The notes under the pieces: model-generated
Database searches by the model: none
What the model saw: only the letters and a program-made list of their open reading frames with translations
Told to the model about the DNA's origin: nothing
IMG/VR virus record: IMGVR_UViG_3300031656_000001
Source of the DNA: a virus
Direction: 5' to 3' (one strand)
Length of the DNA stretch: 64,000 bases
Made by a program: the position numbers and the translations under genes
Part shown: positions 38,129 to 46,222 of the stretch, piece by piece
Layout of the letters: each line of letters starts with the position of its first letter
How positions within the stretch are numbered: the stretch's first letter is position 1

Positions 38129-39020
38129 CTAAAAAAGAATCTAGATCATCATCTGTTGAAACACTTGAAGTTGATTCTGTTTTAGTTGGCGCTGCCTTTT
38201 CTGCAACTGCTGTTGCAGTTTTAGTCTTTTTTCTAGGAGCGCTCGATGTCATTTCACCGATCGAATCACCTGGATTAAGATACATTCTTAATACGTCATT
38301 TACAAATGACCTTGTATCTTCGTCCCATGCTTGGTAATCATATCCTTTCAATGAAGGAGCTGACTCTAATTCTGCTTTAATAGCAGTCATAGTTTCTTTA
38401 TTACGCTCTGCTGGTGCATCGCCCATAATTACCGCTGATTGACTAGCTGAGAATTTAGATGTATCATAGTTGTTATATTCACCTTGTCTAGTGATAACTA
38501 ATTCAAAGTTCTTTCCTTCGAAAAGGTCAAATACTTGAGTTGGTTCACCAAAGTTTGGCTTTAATTCTGCATCGATCTTTTCTTTGATCTTATAACCAAA
38601 TTTGAAGATTTTGTATTGTCCTTCTAAATCTGTGTTTTGTGGATCTTTAATGATCTTTACTAATGCGTAGTATTGTTGACGTCTTTTCAGTTTCTCAGAA
38701 GACTTACGGTCTACTGCTGAATCTGATTTACGTAGTTTCCAAAATACATCTGCGATAGGGCATTTCTCACCAATAGTTGATGGAGAATCTACCAATTTAC
38801 CGTCACCACTAGAATTAGTTAACCAGTGTACGTATTTTTGAATTAGTGAATTACGAGGATTTTCAGGATTTGGTACAAAACGTATTAGTGCTTTGTAAGT
38901 TCCGTCTTTTCCGTCGTCTGCGGATGGTTTGTAGATCTCTTGTGAAGATGTACTTGCTTGGACTTGATGTGTTTCCACGTCTTCGATGCCCAAATTAAAA
39001 ATGTCAAATGATTCGCTCAT
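38112..39020 (-). CDS. Single-stranded DNA-binding protein, T4 gp32-like
   Basis: A.IRF.P, CPI, IIKDP, F.FG.KI, NYD.SKF, acidic tail DDDLDSFLDDL. Confidence 0.93.
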   Translation of the reverse strand: MSESFDIFNLGIEDVETHQVQASTSSQEIYKPSADDGKDGTYKALIRFVPNPENPRNSLIQKYVHWLTNSSGDGKLVDSPSTIGEKCPIADVFWKLRKSDSAVDRKSSEKLKRRQQYYALVKIIKDPQNTDLEGQYKIFKFGYKIKEKIDAELKPNFGEPTQVFDLFEGKNFELVITRQGEYNNYDTSKFSASQSAVIMGDAPAERNKETMTAIKAELESAPSLKGYDYQAWDEDTRSFVNDVLRMYLNPGDSIGEMTSSAPRKKTKTATAVAEKAAPTKTESTSSVSTDDDLDSFLDDLDI

Positions 39021-39110
39021 ACCTTTAAATTGTTTAGTTTGTTAATTGTTTAATTGTTTACCTTGAAATTATTTTCAATACTTATATATGTAACTTTAGC
39101 AAAGTTTCAC

Positions 39111-39293
39111 TTATTTATTATCCATGGTTAAAATAGCTCCATTATCTTCTTTCCACTTTCCGTTCTCTGACTTAATCAGTCCAGATTTGTGTAATAACTC
39201 TTCGCGCTCAGTTTGACTAAGCTGGTTATTTCTCACCATTTTTATGAGAACCTTATTAAGGTGGAAGTAATCTATTGTAACTAGTTTTTGCAT
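39111..39293 (-). CDS. Small hypothetical protein
   Basis: 60-aa ORF with its own promoter motifs at 39326-39353. Confidence 0.55.
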   Translation of the reverse strand: MQKLVTIDYFHLNKVLIKMVRNNQLSQTEREELLHKSGLIKSENGKWKEDNGAILTMDNK

Positions 39294-39452
39294 ATTAATA
39301 TTTTAGTTAATCTTGCTAACTACCTATTATATATCACACTTTCTGTTTGTTTCAAAACTAGCCTATTTAATTATTTTTTAATTATTTTTTAGTAATTATG
39401 AAACAGTTTTGCGCCACGTGCATATAATAAATGTCTTAAAGTCAAAGATAGA

Positions 39453-40103
39453 TTAGGCTTGAGGTGTAGATATGTATGCAACTAAGAAATAAGCATCCAC
39501 CAAATCGTCCAATGGTTTTGGGATCTTCTTTTCAACTTCCAAACCTTTAACGTATTTCCACAAAGGGCTTTTAGCCAAGACTGGGTCTTCGTTCACATTT
39601 TGCTGAAAGGCATCAAATAATTGAAGCTTATTCATATTACCTTTACCAGCAAATTTCTTAATAGTGGTTGGAGCAACAGTTAGAATATCTTCTGGATTTA
39701 AAGTTCTTAAAAGTTTAAGTTTGAGGATTGCAGCGCCAGCCGCCATGTCAATCATATTGTTAGTTCCCATTTTAGAACCATAAGAAGTACCTTCAAATGC
39801 TATAGTAAAACCATCACCATCATGAGAGTTCTGTAATACTAAATTAATAATATCATCAGCCATCTTATCATAACGCTTGATCTTTAAAAGTTCTGCACTT
39901 GAGAATGATTCTTTATTTGTAAAATCTGGTTGGCTCACTAAAGTAACATCACTAAATAATGATATCTCTTCTTGAAGTCTCTGTTCTGCTTTAGTACCTG
40001 TTTTGGGTTTTATGTAACTAATAAAATGAAAGTTCTTACTCTTATCATTATATATGCATATTCCAGGGGAATTGAGGGAAAAGTCTACTGCTAAGTAATT
40101 CAT
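39453..40103 (-). CDS. RuvC-like (RNase H fold) Holliday junction resolvase
   Basis: AVDFSLNSPG, FEG, PTTIKKFAGKGN, DDLVDAY. Confidence 0.8.
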   Translation of the reverse strand: MNYLAVDFSLNSPGICIYNDKSKNFHFISYIKPKTGTKAEQRLQEEISLFSDVTLVSQPDFTNKESFSSAELLKIKRYDKMADDIINLVLQNSHDGDGFTIAFEGTSYGSKMGTNNMIDMAAGAAILKLKLLRTLNPEDILTVAPTTIKKFAGKGNMNKLQLFDAFQQNVNEDPVLAKSPLWKYVKGLEVEKKIPKPLDDLVDAYFLVAYISTPQA

Positions 40104-40472
40104 TTATATTCTTTTACCAAGACTAGCACCTAATGCGGCACCAACAAGTCTTGAGGTTAATAAATCGTAAATAATACCCTTTTGTATACCAAGGACTTTA
40201 GCAACCATCTTACCAACTGATTTACCTAGTGCAAATCCAGTAAGACCACCAATAATAGATCCAAAGAATCCTTCATTAGTTATTTCTTCGTTAAAGCTTT
40301 CGATGTCATATGTACCATCTTCATTCATGTATTGCTCATCAAATAAAGCAAGTGCTTCATCAATTCTAGCTTCTAATTCCGGAGTCCATTCTTCTTGTAG
40401 TCCTTCGTTGATTAGTTCCATATCGTTTTCAGAAATAGATTCTTCGACAATGTATTTGTTAAATGTTTTCAT
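40104..40472 (-). CDS. Acidic-propeptide / glycine-zipper membrane peptide with CTS-like leader
   Basis: MKTFNKYIVE leader, acidic first 67 aa, then GFFGSIIGG...GxxxG repeats; late promoter at 40476-40484. Confidence 0.55.
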   Translation of the reverse strand: MKTFNKYIVEESISENDMELINEGLQEEWTPELEARIDEALALFDEQYMNEDGTYDIESFNEEITNEGFFGSIIGGLTGFALGKSVGKMVAKVLGIQKGIIYDLLTSRLVGAALGASLGKRI

Positions 40473-40491
40473 ATGTTATATATCCTATATT

Positions 40492-41043
40492 TTATTCTAC
40501 TTCTAAACGTAGATTCAATTTATTATAAAAGAACGTAATATCGAATGTGTTAAACGAAGATACGTTTTCTGCAAAGTTTAAACTTAATTCATTTATAGAA
40601 TTCATAATACAATCAGTAAATTCTAAATATGCTACTGATGCACCTTCGGCATCTAGTATTCTTAAAGTTAAAGGTTCAGTATATGCTTGCTTAGTTGATC
40701 TTGCATAATAATATAATAGAGTATCCATCATAATCCAATAATTAATAAAACCATCTAGTAGTTGCATACTAACTGTAAATTCTCTGTTAATTGTATTTTG
40801 AATTGGCATTGCACCTCTATGATGTCTTTTAGTACCATCGTTATCCTCTTGTGTAATTGGATCAAATGAAACACCAGGTATATTAATACCTTGAATACTA
40901 TAATTAACAAAATCAACGGGTTCAGATAATAATCCACCTGGAACCTTATTAAGATATTTCTTATATTTATCGGCTACCTCTTTGGGTACAAATCCTCTAG
41001 GAAATCTAAAATCAAAACCGTTATTTCTACTATTAAGAACCAT
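40492..41043 (-). CDS. Tail tube/tube-terminator fold protein (T4 gp3/gp19-like)
   Basis: Q.INIPG, NY, LTL.ILD, F.D, F.I.F.Y pattern. Confidence 0.6.
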   Translation of the reverse strand: MVLNSRNNGFDFRFPRGFVPKEVADKYKKYLNKVPGGLLSEPVDFVNYSIQGINIPGVSFDPITQEDNDGTKRHHRGAMPIQNTINREFTVSMQLLDGFINYWIMMDTLLYYYARSTKQAYTEPLTLRILDAEGASVAYLEFTDCIMNSINELSLNFAENVSSFNTFDITFFYNKLNLRLEVE

Positions 41044-41045
41044 AT

Positions 41046-43109
41046 TTAAATTTTAAATTTACCAGACAAGATCATGTTCTCATCTATTCCGTTATTGACA
41101 CTGATATAGAATGTTTTATTCTGCATGCCTCTTATTGTATTTGCGTTTGCTTCATTTATTTGAAAGAGTACTTCACCTCTTTCCATATCAATATCTTTAT
41201 TAGATATGTTATTAAATTTAAGTTTTTGTTTCCCATCCGCAAACGTCATTATAACAGACTTTATACCTGTTAAAGAAACATATTCAATATCTCCACCTCT
41301 TTGTTTAGCTATTACAAATTTATAATAACTTGCAAATGGTGAAATTTCAATATTCAAATCACCAGATGATACGAACGGCTTTGTATCTATTTCTTCAACG
41401 CTTTGTGTTGTTATGTTTGTATTATTAGTAGTAAACATTATATTAGAACTACTAGCAATTACGTTATGTCTTTCAATAAATGTTGGTATGTGCTTAATAC
41501 TTTGTGGTAAATTATCTGTAAATATACCTTCTACTATTTTATTAGAAGCCATTGCAGGTAATACATTATAAACTTCAGTTAATTGATTCGGAGAATTAAT
41601 ACGTAGCTTACTCAATCTCTTACCATATTTAGCGGCTTGATTAATTGATAAACTAGCTCTTTTTACAATCTGTGTATTATCAGTTTGATTCCATATTCTC
41701 ATTGTAACATCAATAGAAAAACTAGATGCTATGTTACTATTAATAATAACAGGTCTAAAAACTATTGGAGTACTGAAATCATCATATTGAGTATAAGTTG
41801 TTTGGAATGTTTTAACTTCTGATGTACCTATTGTTTCAAAGACATCTACATCAAACATTGCTATAATATCGTCGGATGATGTTTGTATTTGATTTAGAAT
41901 ATATCCTTCGAATGCTCCAATTGAATCATCCTTTTCTCCGTATATTTTAAAGTAATCACCATCATCAGCATCTTCTACAACCACTGTAAAATCTTGAAAT
42001 TCATCTTCTCTAGAAACTGTAAACTTGTTTTCTTCAGCTGTTTGAAAATAATCATAACCATTAAATGTCTCTAAAGAATCTATAAGCTTAAATGTAAGTT
42101 CATAGTTAGCAGTTGGATTTAGATCACTAGAACCTATAACGCCTGTTCCATAAAATAAATCATTAAATTCAGTATTCTGTTGTACTAATGTAGGTACTTT
42201 AAGATCAATGAATTTACTATAAAGTGCTTCACCTAAAATAAAAGGTTTAGGATTTGCGTATTCGTAGTTACTTGTATTTAAGTATACTAATTGTGTTAAA
42301 TTGTTTTTAACTCCAGATGTTCTAGCGGCTGCAACTTCAAATAAGAAACCTTCATATCCTCTTGCCGCAAAACTATATCCACTTCTAAGGTGTAATCTAA
42401 TACTATCATATTTGATATGATTAATATTATCCATTGCATTCGTTTGTGAATTTAAAAGATCTGTTTCATTTCCACCGGTCCAATCAATATTATTATTAAT
42501 GTAATTAAACATATCATAATCTCCAGTTGAATCATATCCTAATAAAGCATATTTAGATCCGGTAGCATCAGACTTTACTGCGTGGTATCTTCCAATTGTT
42601 TGGTTGATATCATTACCAGTATTTTCATCAGGGTTTGCAAAAAGAGGGTTAGCTCTAGTGTCTACAATTATTTTACCACCTATTAATCCAGTATATGTAT
42701 AATCAATAGTACCGTTTTGTGTTGGTGTAAATTGACCTATCTTTGTAGTTGAAGAATATGAATAAATTCCAAGTGCTCCAGATAAATTGAATGCAGAAGG
42801 ATCTGGTAATAGACTTAAGTTAAACTTATATGTTTTACCGTTTTGTAATAAAAGTGTTCTAGCAGCAAAGTTCTCTACAGACAAATATCCGCTAGATGAC
42901 GTAACATCAAAATTTACTACAGCACTACCCAATTCATTAATTAAGTGGCGTTGTTTAGAAGGATCTCCTTTGACAGTGTCTAGGAATTTTACTTCACTAC
43001 CGTTATCATCTACTTCAATTTGATATTTGGTAGGATTACTTTGATCGTGGTATATAAACTCTAATAAAATATCAGAGTCTAAATAGAAATATCTTGATGA
43101 TTGTGCCAT
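41046..43109 (-). CDS. Hypothetical virion structural protein
   Basis: 687 aa, beta-rich, within tail block. Confidence 0.45.
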   Translation of the reverse strand: MAQSSRYFYLDSDILLEFIYHDQSNPTKYQIEVDDNGSEVKFLDTVKGDPSKQRHLINELGSAVVNFDVTSSSGYLSVENFAARTLLLQNGKTYKFNLSLLPDPSAFNLSGALGIYSYSSTTKIGQFTPTQNGTIDYTYTGLIGGKIIVDTRANPLFANPDENTGNDINQTIGRYHAVKSDATGSKYALLGYDSTGDYDMFNYINNNIDWTGGNETDLLNSQTNAMDNINHIKYDSIRLHLRSGYSFAARGYEGFLFEVAAARTSGVKNNLTQLVYLNTSNYEYANPKPFILGEALYSKFIDLKVPTLVQQNTEFNDLFYGTGVIGSSDLNPTANYELTFKLIDSLETFNGYDYFQTAEENKFTVSREDEFQDFTVVVEDADDGDYFKIYGEKDDSIGAFEGYILNQIQTSSDDIIAMFDVDVFETIGTSEVKTFQTTYTQYDDFSTPIVFRPVIINSNIASSFSIDVTMRIWNQTDNTQIVKRASLSINQAAKYGKRLSKLRINSPNQLTEVYNVLPAMASNKIVEGIFTDNLPQSIKHIPTFIERHNVIASSSNIMFTTNNTNITTQSVEEIDTKPFVSSGDLNIEISPFASYYKFVIAKQRGGDIEYVSLTGIKSVIMTFADGKQKLKFNNISNKDIDMERGEVLFQINEANANTIRGMQNKTFYISVNNGIDENMILSGKFKI

Positions 43110-43123
43110 TCTTTTATATTATT

Positions 43124-43927
43124 TTAAAATCTTAACCATTTTGGTGAGTAGTATAATCCAATGCCTATTGAAGGACCAGTACTTATGACCTGATTATTGT
43201 TTAAGTTGATTCCATATCCAATACCAAATCCTATAGCAAATCCACCTTTCTTAACTGGCTTTCTATTCAATTTTGTATTTATTAGATTTATGTTTTCAAT
43301 ATCTGTGAAAGTTAATCCAGGATATTTTGTTGATATTTTTAATTGATCAGCACCGTTGATATTTTCAATAGCAGCTAATAAACTAATTTTATGTGTTATG
43401 TCAAACGTTGCATCCCCGTAATTAAATCCAGTAGAATCCTTTGTTACAAACATAATACCTTTAAGATCTCTAGAATTACTATCGCCAAAATCATTAAACT
43501 TATTAAAAGTTAATTTAGTTGTTACTGAATCTACCTCTGTAGAAACCGTATTTACTATTATGCTATCTTTAATATCAATGTTTGCAGATAATAATGAATT
43601 TACTTTATTTAAATCTTTATTTATATTTAATGCATTCTTATATTTCTTTATTAATATAGATTGATCATCTTTTAAATCACTTAAATCAAGTTCATAGCTT
43701 CTAATCTCAGAGACTAAACTGCCATTACTGGAAGTCATTGTTCTGATAGTATCCTTTGATGCTAAATAATTATTGAAATTTCTATTAGAATCTTCTTTAG
43801 CAATCTCTACTTCTCTTTTAAGATTTTCAGTTTGATTACATTGTCTAAGAAACAGTAAAGCAAATAAAGCAATTGCTATGAATATAACAGTGTTTTTATT
43901 AGCAAATATATTTTTTAATTTATTCAT
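43124..43927 (-). CDS. Membrane-anchored coiled-coil protein, spanin-like candidate
   Basis: N-terminal TM (VIFIAIALFALLFL), coiled coil, C-terminal amphipathic beta-hairpin ending in F. Confidence 0.5.
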   Translation of the reverse strand: MNKLKNIFANKNTVIFIAIALFALLFLRQCNQTENLKREVEIAKEDSNRNFNNYLASKDTIRTMTSSNGSLVSEIRSYELDLSDLKDDQSILIKKYKNALNINKDLNKVNSLLSANIDIKDSIIVNTVSTEVDSVTTKLTFNKFNDFGDSNSRDLKGIMFVTKDSTGFNYGDATFDITHKISLLAAIENINGADQLKISTKYPGLTFTDIENINLINTKLNRKPVKKGGFAIGFGIGYGINLNNNQVISTGPSIGIGLYYSPKWLRF

Positions 43928-43949
43928 ATTATTATATATTCATCGTTTA

Positions 43950-44510
43950 TTATGGTGTAGAACCAGTTCCTCCACCTCCACTAGTTGTTGGTGTTGCAGT
44001 CGGTGTTGGTGTTGCAAACGTCGCAATAATTGATTGTGATGGTGTTGCAGTCGGTGTTGGTGTTGCAAACGTCGCAATAATTGATTGTGATGGTGTTGCA
44101 GTCGGTGTTGGTGTTGCAAACGTCGCAATAATTGATTGTGATGGTGTTGCAGTCGGTGTTGGTGTTGCTCCAGAACCAGTTCCTCCACCTCCACTAGTTG
44201 TTGGTGTTGCAGTTGGTGTTGCAGTTGGCGTTGCAGTTGGCGTTGCAGTTGGCGTTGCAGTAATTCCTGTACCAGCAGCTTGCGATACTGTTATTGCATC
44301 AGTAGTAGTGCCGTTATCATGAGTTACAGTAAGAGTAGCAGTCCTTGCAATACCAGTATTAACTCCTAATTCAATCCGCCATTCGTTGTTTGCAGTTGCA
44401 CCGAGTTGTGTAACCGTAATCCACACAGGCATAGAAGTCTGATTCCATGTGTATGACGTTCCTATTGGAGTAATATTTACTGTTCTCGTATATTGATTAG
44501 TTGCGCTCAT
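43950..44510 (-). CDS. BACON-like Ig domain plus Thr/Pro-rich tail
   Basis: W....P.WITV...NTG..RTA.LTVT...ITVSQAA is the BACON pattern; followed by ATPT repeats. Confidence 0.75.
   Translation of the reverse strand: MSATNQYTRTVNITPIGTSYTWNQTSMPVWITVTQLGATANNEWRIELGVNTGIARTATLTVTHDNGTTTDAITVSQAAGTGITATPTATPTATPTATPTATPTTSGGGGTGSGATPTPTATPSQSIIATFATPTPTATPSQSIIATFATPTPTATPSQSIIATFATPTPTATPTTSGGGGTGSTP
43990..44260. repeat. Coding tandem repeats: 51-bp unit x3.5 (43990-44168) and 12-bp ATPT units
   Basis: Units start at 43990, 44041, 44092, 44143; encode ATPTPTATPSQSIIATF. Confidence 0.95.
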
Positions 44511-44562
44511 CGTTATTTCTTTTTTATATTATATATATTCGTCTTCTTTTATCTAAGAATAT

Positions 44563-46221
44563 TTATAGGGGGTTACTAAATTCCTCCTCTTTTGCAAATA
44601 CTAAATTGTGCACTAAATATCCGTTTGCGAAATATACATCATAATCTTCAATATCTAATGAATAAGTAACAAACGATTCAGTTGGTGTCACTTTTACAAT
44701 ACTTGTAACATCAATCCATTCGTTATTTTCATTCAACATTTTATCACCAACTGCAACATCTTTAGTTATTTTAAATCTAACTTCATTTGCAACTGTCTTA
44801 ACTAAAACAGGGTGTTCGTATGTAATCTTAAGTGCATCATTGTTAATGTTATAATATGAAGTGTAAGTATCTACCTTTATGTTTACAACAGATGCTGTTG
44901 TATATTCGTCTATGTAATCAACAAATGGTGTATTGAATTCCAATAAATCAGATTCATCAACACCGAGTCCATTTATGTTTAATGATAATAATGAATCACC
45001 TACTATTAATTCCTCGATCAATTTAGTTTGCCCGTTTGCTAATGTTATTAATTCACCTGCCAAGTGACATCCTCCTCCCCCTCCACCTGTGCTAACAGTC
45101 GGTGTTGCAGTCGGTGTTGCAGTCGGTACCGCAGTTGGATTATTTTTTGTCACATTTACAGTTACTGATAATGTTGGTGTTGCAGTCGGTGTTGGTGTTG
45201 CAGTCACTGTGACCGCGTCAGAACCTGTTCCTCCGCCTCCACTACTAGTTGGTGTTGCAGTCGGTGTTGCAGTTACAGTAGGTGTTGGTGTTGCAGTTGT
45301 TATAGGCGTTCCATCAGCATTTGCATTAATGTTACCACCTATAATATTTATACTATCATTAACAGCTGTCCCGCATTCAGTACATAATTCTCTCCATTCG
45401 GGTGAATTTGAATTATAATAATATGCTTCAACTATATCTAATGTGTGATTAAATCTAATCATCCCAACTTTCGAAATCGCCGGCCTCTGTATTGTTGTTC
45501 CATACGGTAGTCTTAAATAACCTTTAAATTCTGCATCTATATCAACATCTAATATACCAGAACCTGTTGTTTCAAGTGTAATGTTTTGATTATTTATTGA
45601 TTTTAAACCAACGCCGTGACCTGTCATTGTTAATGGTGCAGTATCTGATGTGAACGTAATTTTATCTGTTGTGATTGCAAATTCTACATTAGAACTTCCA
45701 TAATCCTTTTTCAAATTAAATTTAGAAAAACCAGAAACTTCAGTGCTTGTTATCACTAAGCTACTAATAACACCTAAATTGACATGTTGTAATTTAATAT
45801 AGTTTTCATATATATTGTCTATAGCTATAGTCAATCTAGCATTAGTTAACGTATCACCGTCATTTACACTCTCTGTAAATGCAGGATCTCCTAACCATAT
45901 TATAGGTAAATTATTATCGCTACTTCTCTTTGGTTTTAAAATAGAAACAGTGTTTGTACTACCATTGCCAGCATTTACCTCAACTCTATACCACGGCGTA
46001 TCTGTTAATCCAGCAACACCTTGATCTCCTTGATCTCCTTTTTCTCCTTGATCTCCTTTTTGTCCAGTTGTACCTGGTAAACCTTGATCTCCCGTTTGAC
46101 CGATTGGCCCCATTGGTCCACCGCCATTTGCTAAAATTTGGTCAAAGTTATAATTGATTTTCCCGAACTTTATAGAGTCAGAATCGCTTGGGTGTAATAT
46201 CTCTTGAATGTTAATTGCCAT
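44563..46221 (-). CDS. Tail-fibre-like protein: collagen repeat, Thr/Pro linker, C-terminal Hint domain
   Basis: G-x-y repeats near N-terminus; GTT.QRP...GMIRFN; GGGGGG-CHLAG...TYEHP...YFANGYLVHN. Confidence 0.75.
   Translation of the reverse strand: MAINIQEILHPSDSDSIKFGKINYNFDQILANGGGPMGPIGQTGDQGLPGTTGQKGDQGEKGDQGDQGVAGLTDTPWYRVEVNAGNGSTNTVSILKPKRSSDNNLPIIWLGDPAFTESVNDGDTLTNARLTIAIDNIYENYIKLQHVNLGVISSLVITSTEVSGFSKFNLKKDYGSSNVEFAITTDKITFTSDTAPLTMTGHGVGLKSINNQNITLETTGSGILDVDIDAEFKGYLRLPYGTTIQRPAISKVGMIRFNHTLDIVEAYYYNSNSPEWRELCTECGTAVNDSINIIGGNINANADGTPITTATPTPTVTATPTATPTSSGGGGTGSDAVTVTATPTPTATPTLSVTVNVTKNNPTAVPTATPTATPTVSTGGGGGGCHLAGELITLANGQTKLIEELIVGDSLLSLNINGLGVDESDLLEFNTPFVDYIDEYTTASVVNIKVDTYTSYYNINNDALKITYEHPVLVKTVANEVRFKITKDVAVGDKMLNENNEWIDVTSIVKVTPTESFVTYSLDIEDYDVYFANGYLVHNLVFAKEEEFSNPL
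44605..45069 (-). other. Hint (intein-like/BIL) autoprocessing domain, no endonuclease
   Basis: Cys1, block B TxxH, terminal HN; +1 residue is Leu. Confidence 0.85.
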
Positions 46222-46222
46222 T

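Larger units (their letters stand above)
2628..39428. promoter_or_regulatory. Middle-type promoter motif GAAAC(A/T)-N16-TATAAT (8 minus-strand copies, 1 plus-strand copy with N17)
   Basis: Minus: 2628-2655, 9584-9611, 11047-11074, 13412-13439, 19614-19641, 25161-25188, 39081-39108, 39326-39353. Plus: 39400-39428. Confidence 0.75.

Noticed and set aside
43990-44168. Regular 51-bp repeats as a CRISPR array
   Set aside because: Head-to-tail identical units with no unique spacers; length is a multiple of 3 and encodes a Thr/Pro linker in an open frame.
44605-45069. Mobile intein with homing endonuclease
   Set aside because: Only 155 aa, no LAGLIDADG/HNH insert, and +1 residue is Leu.
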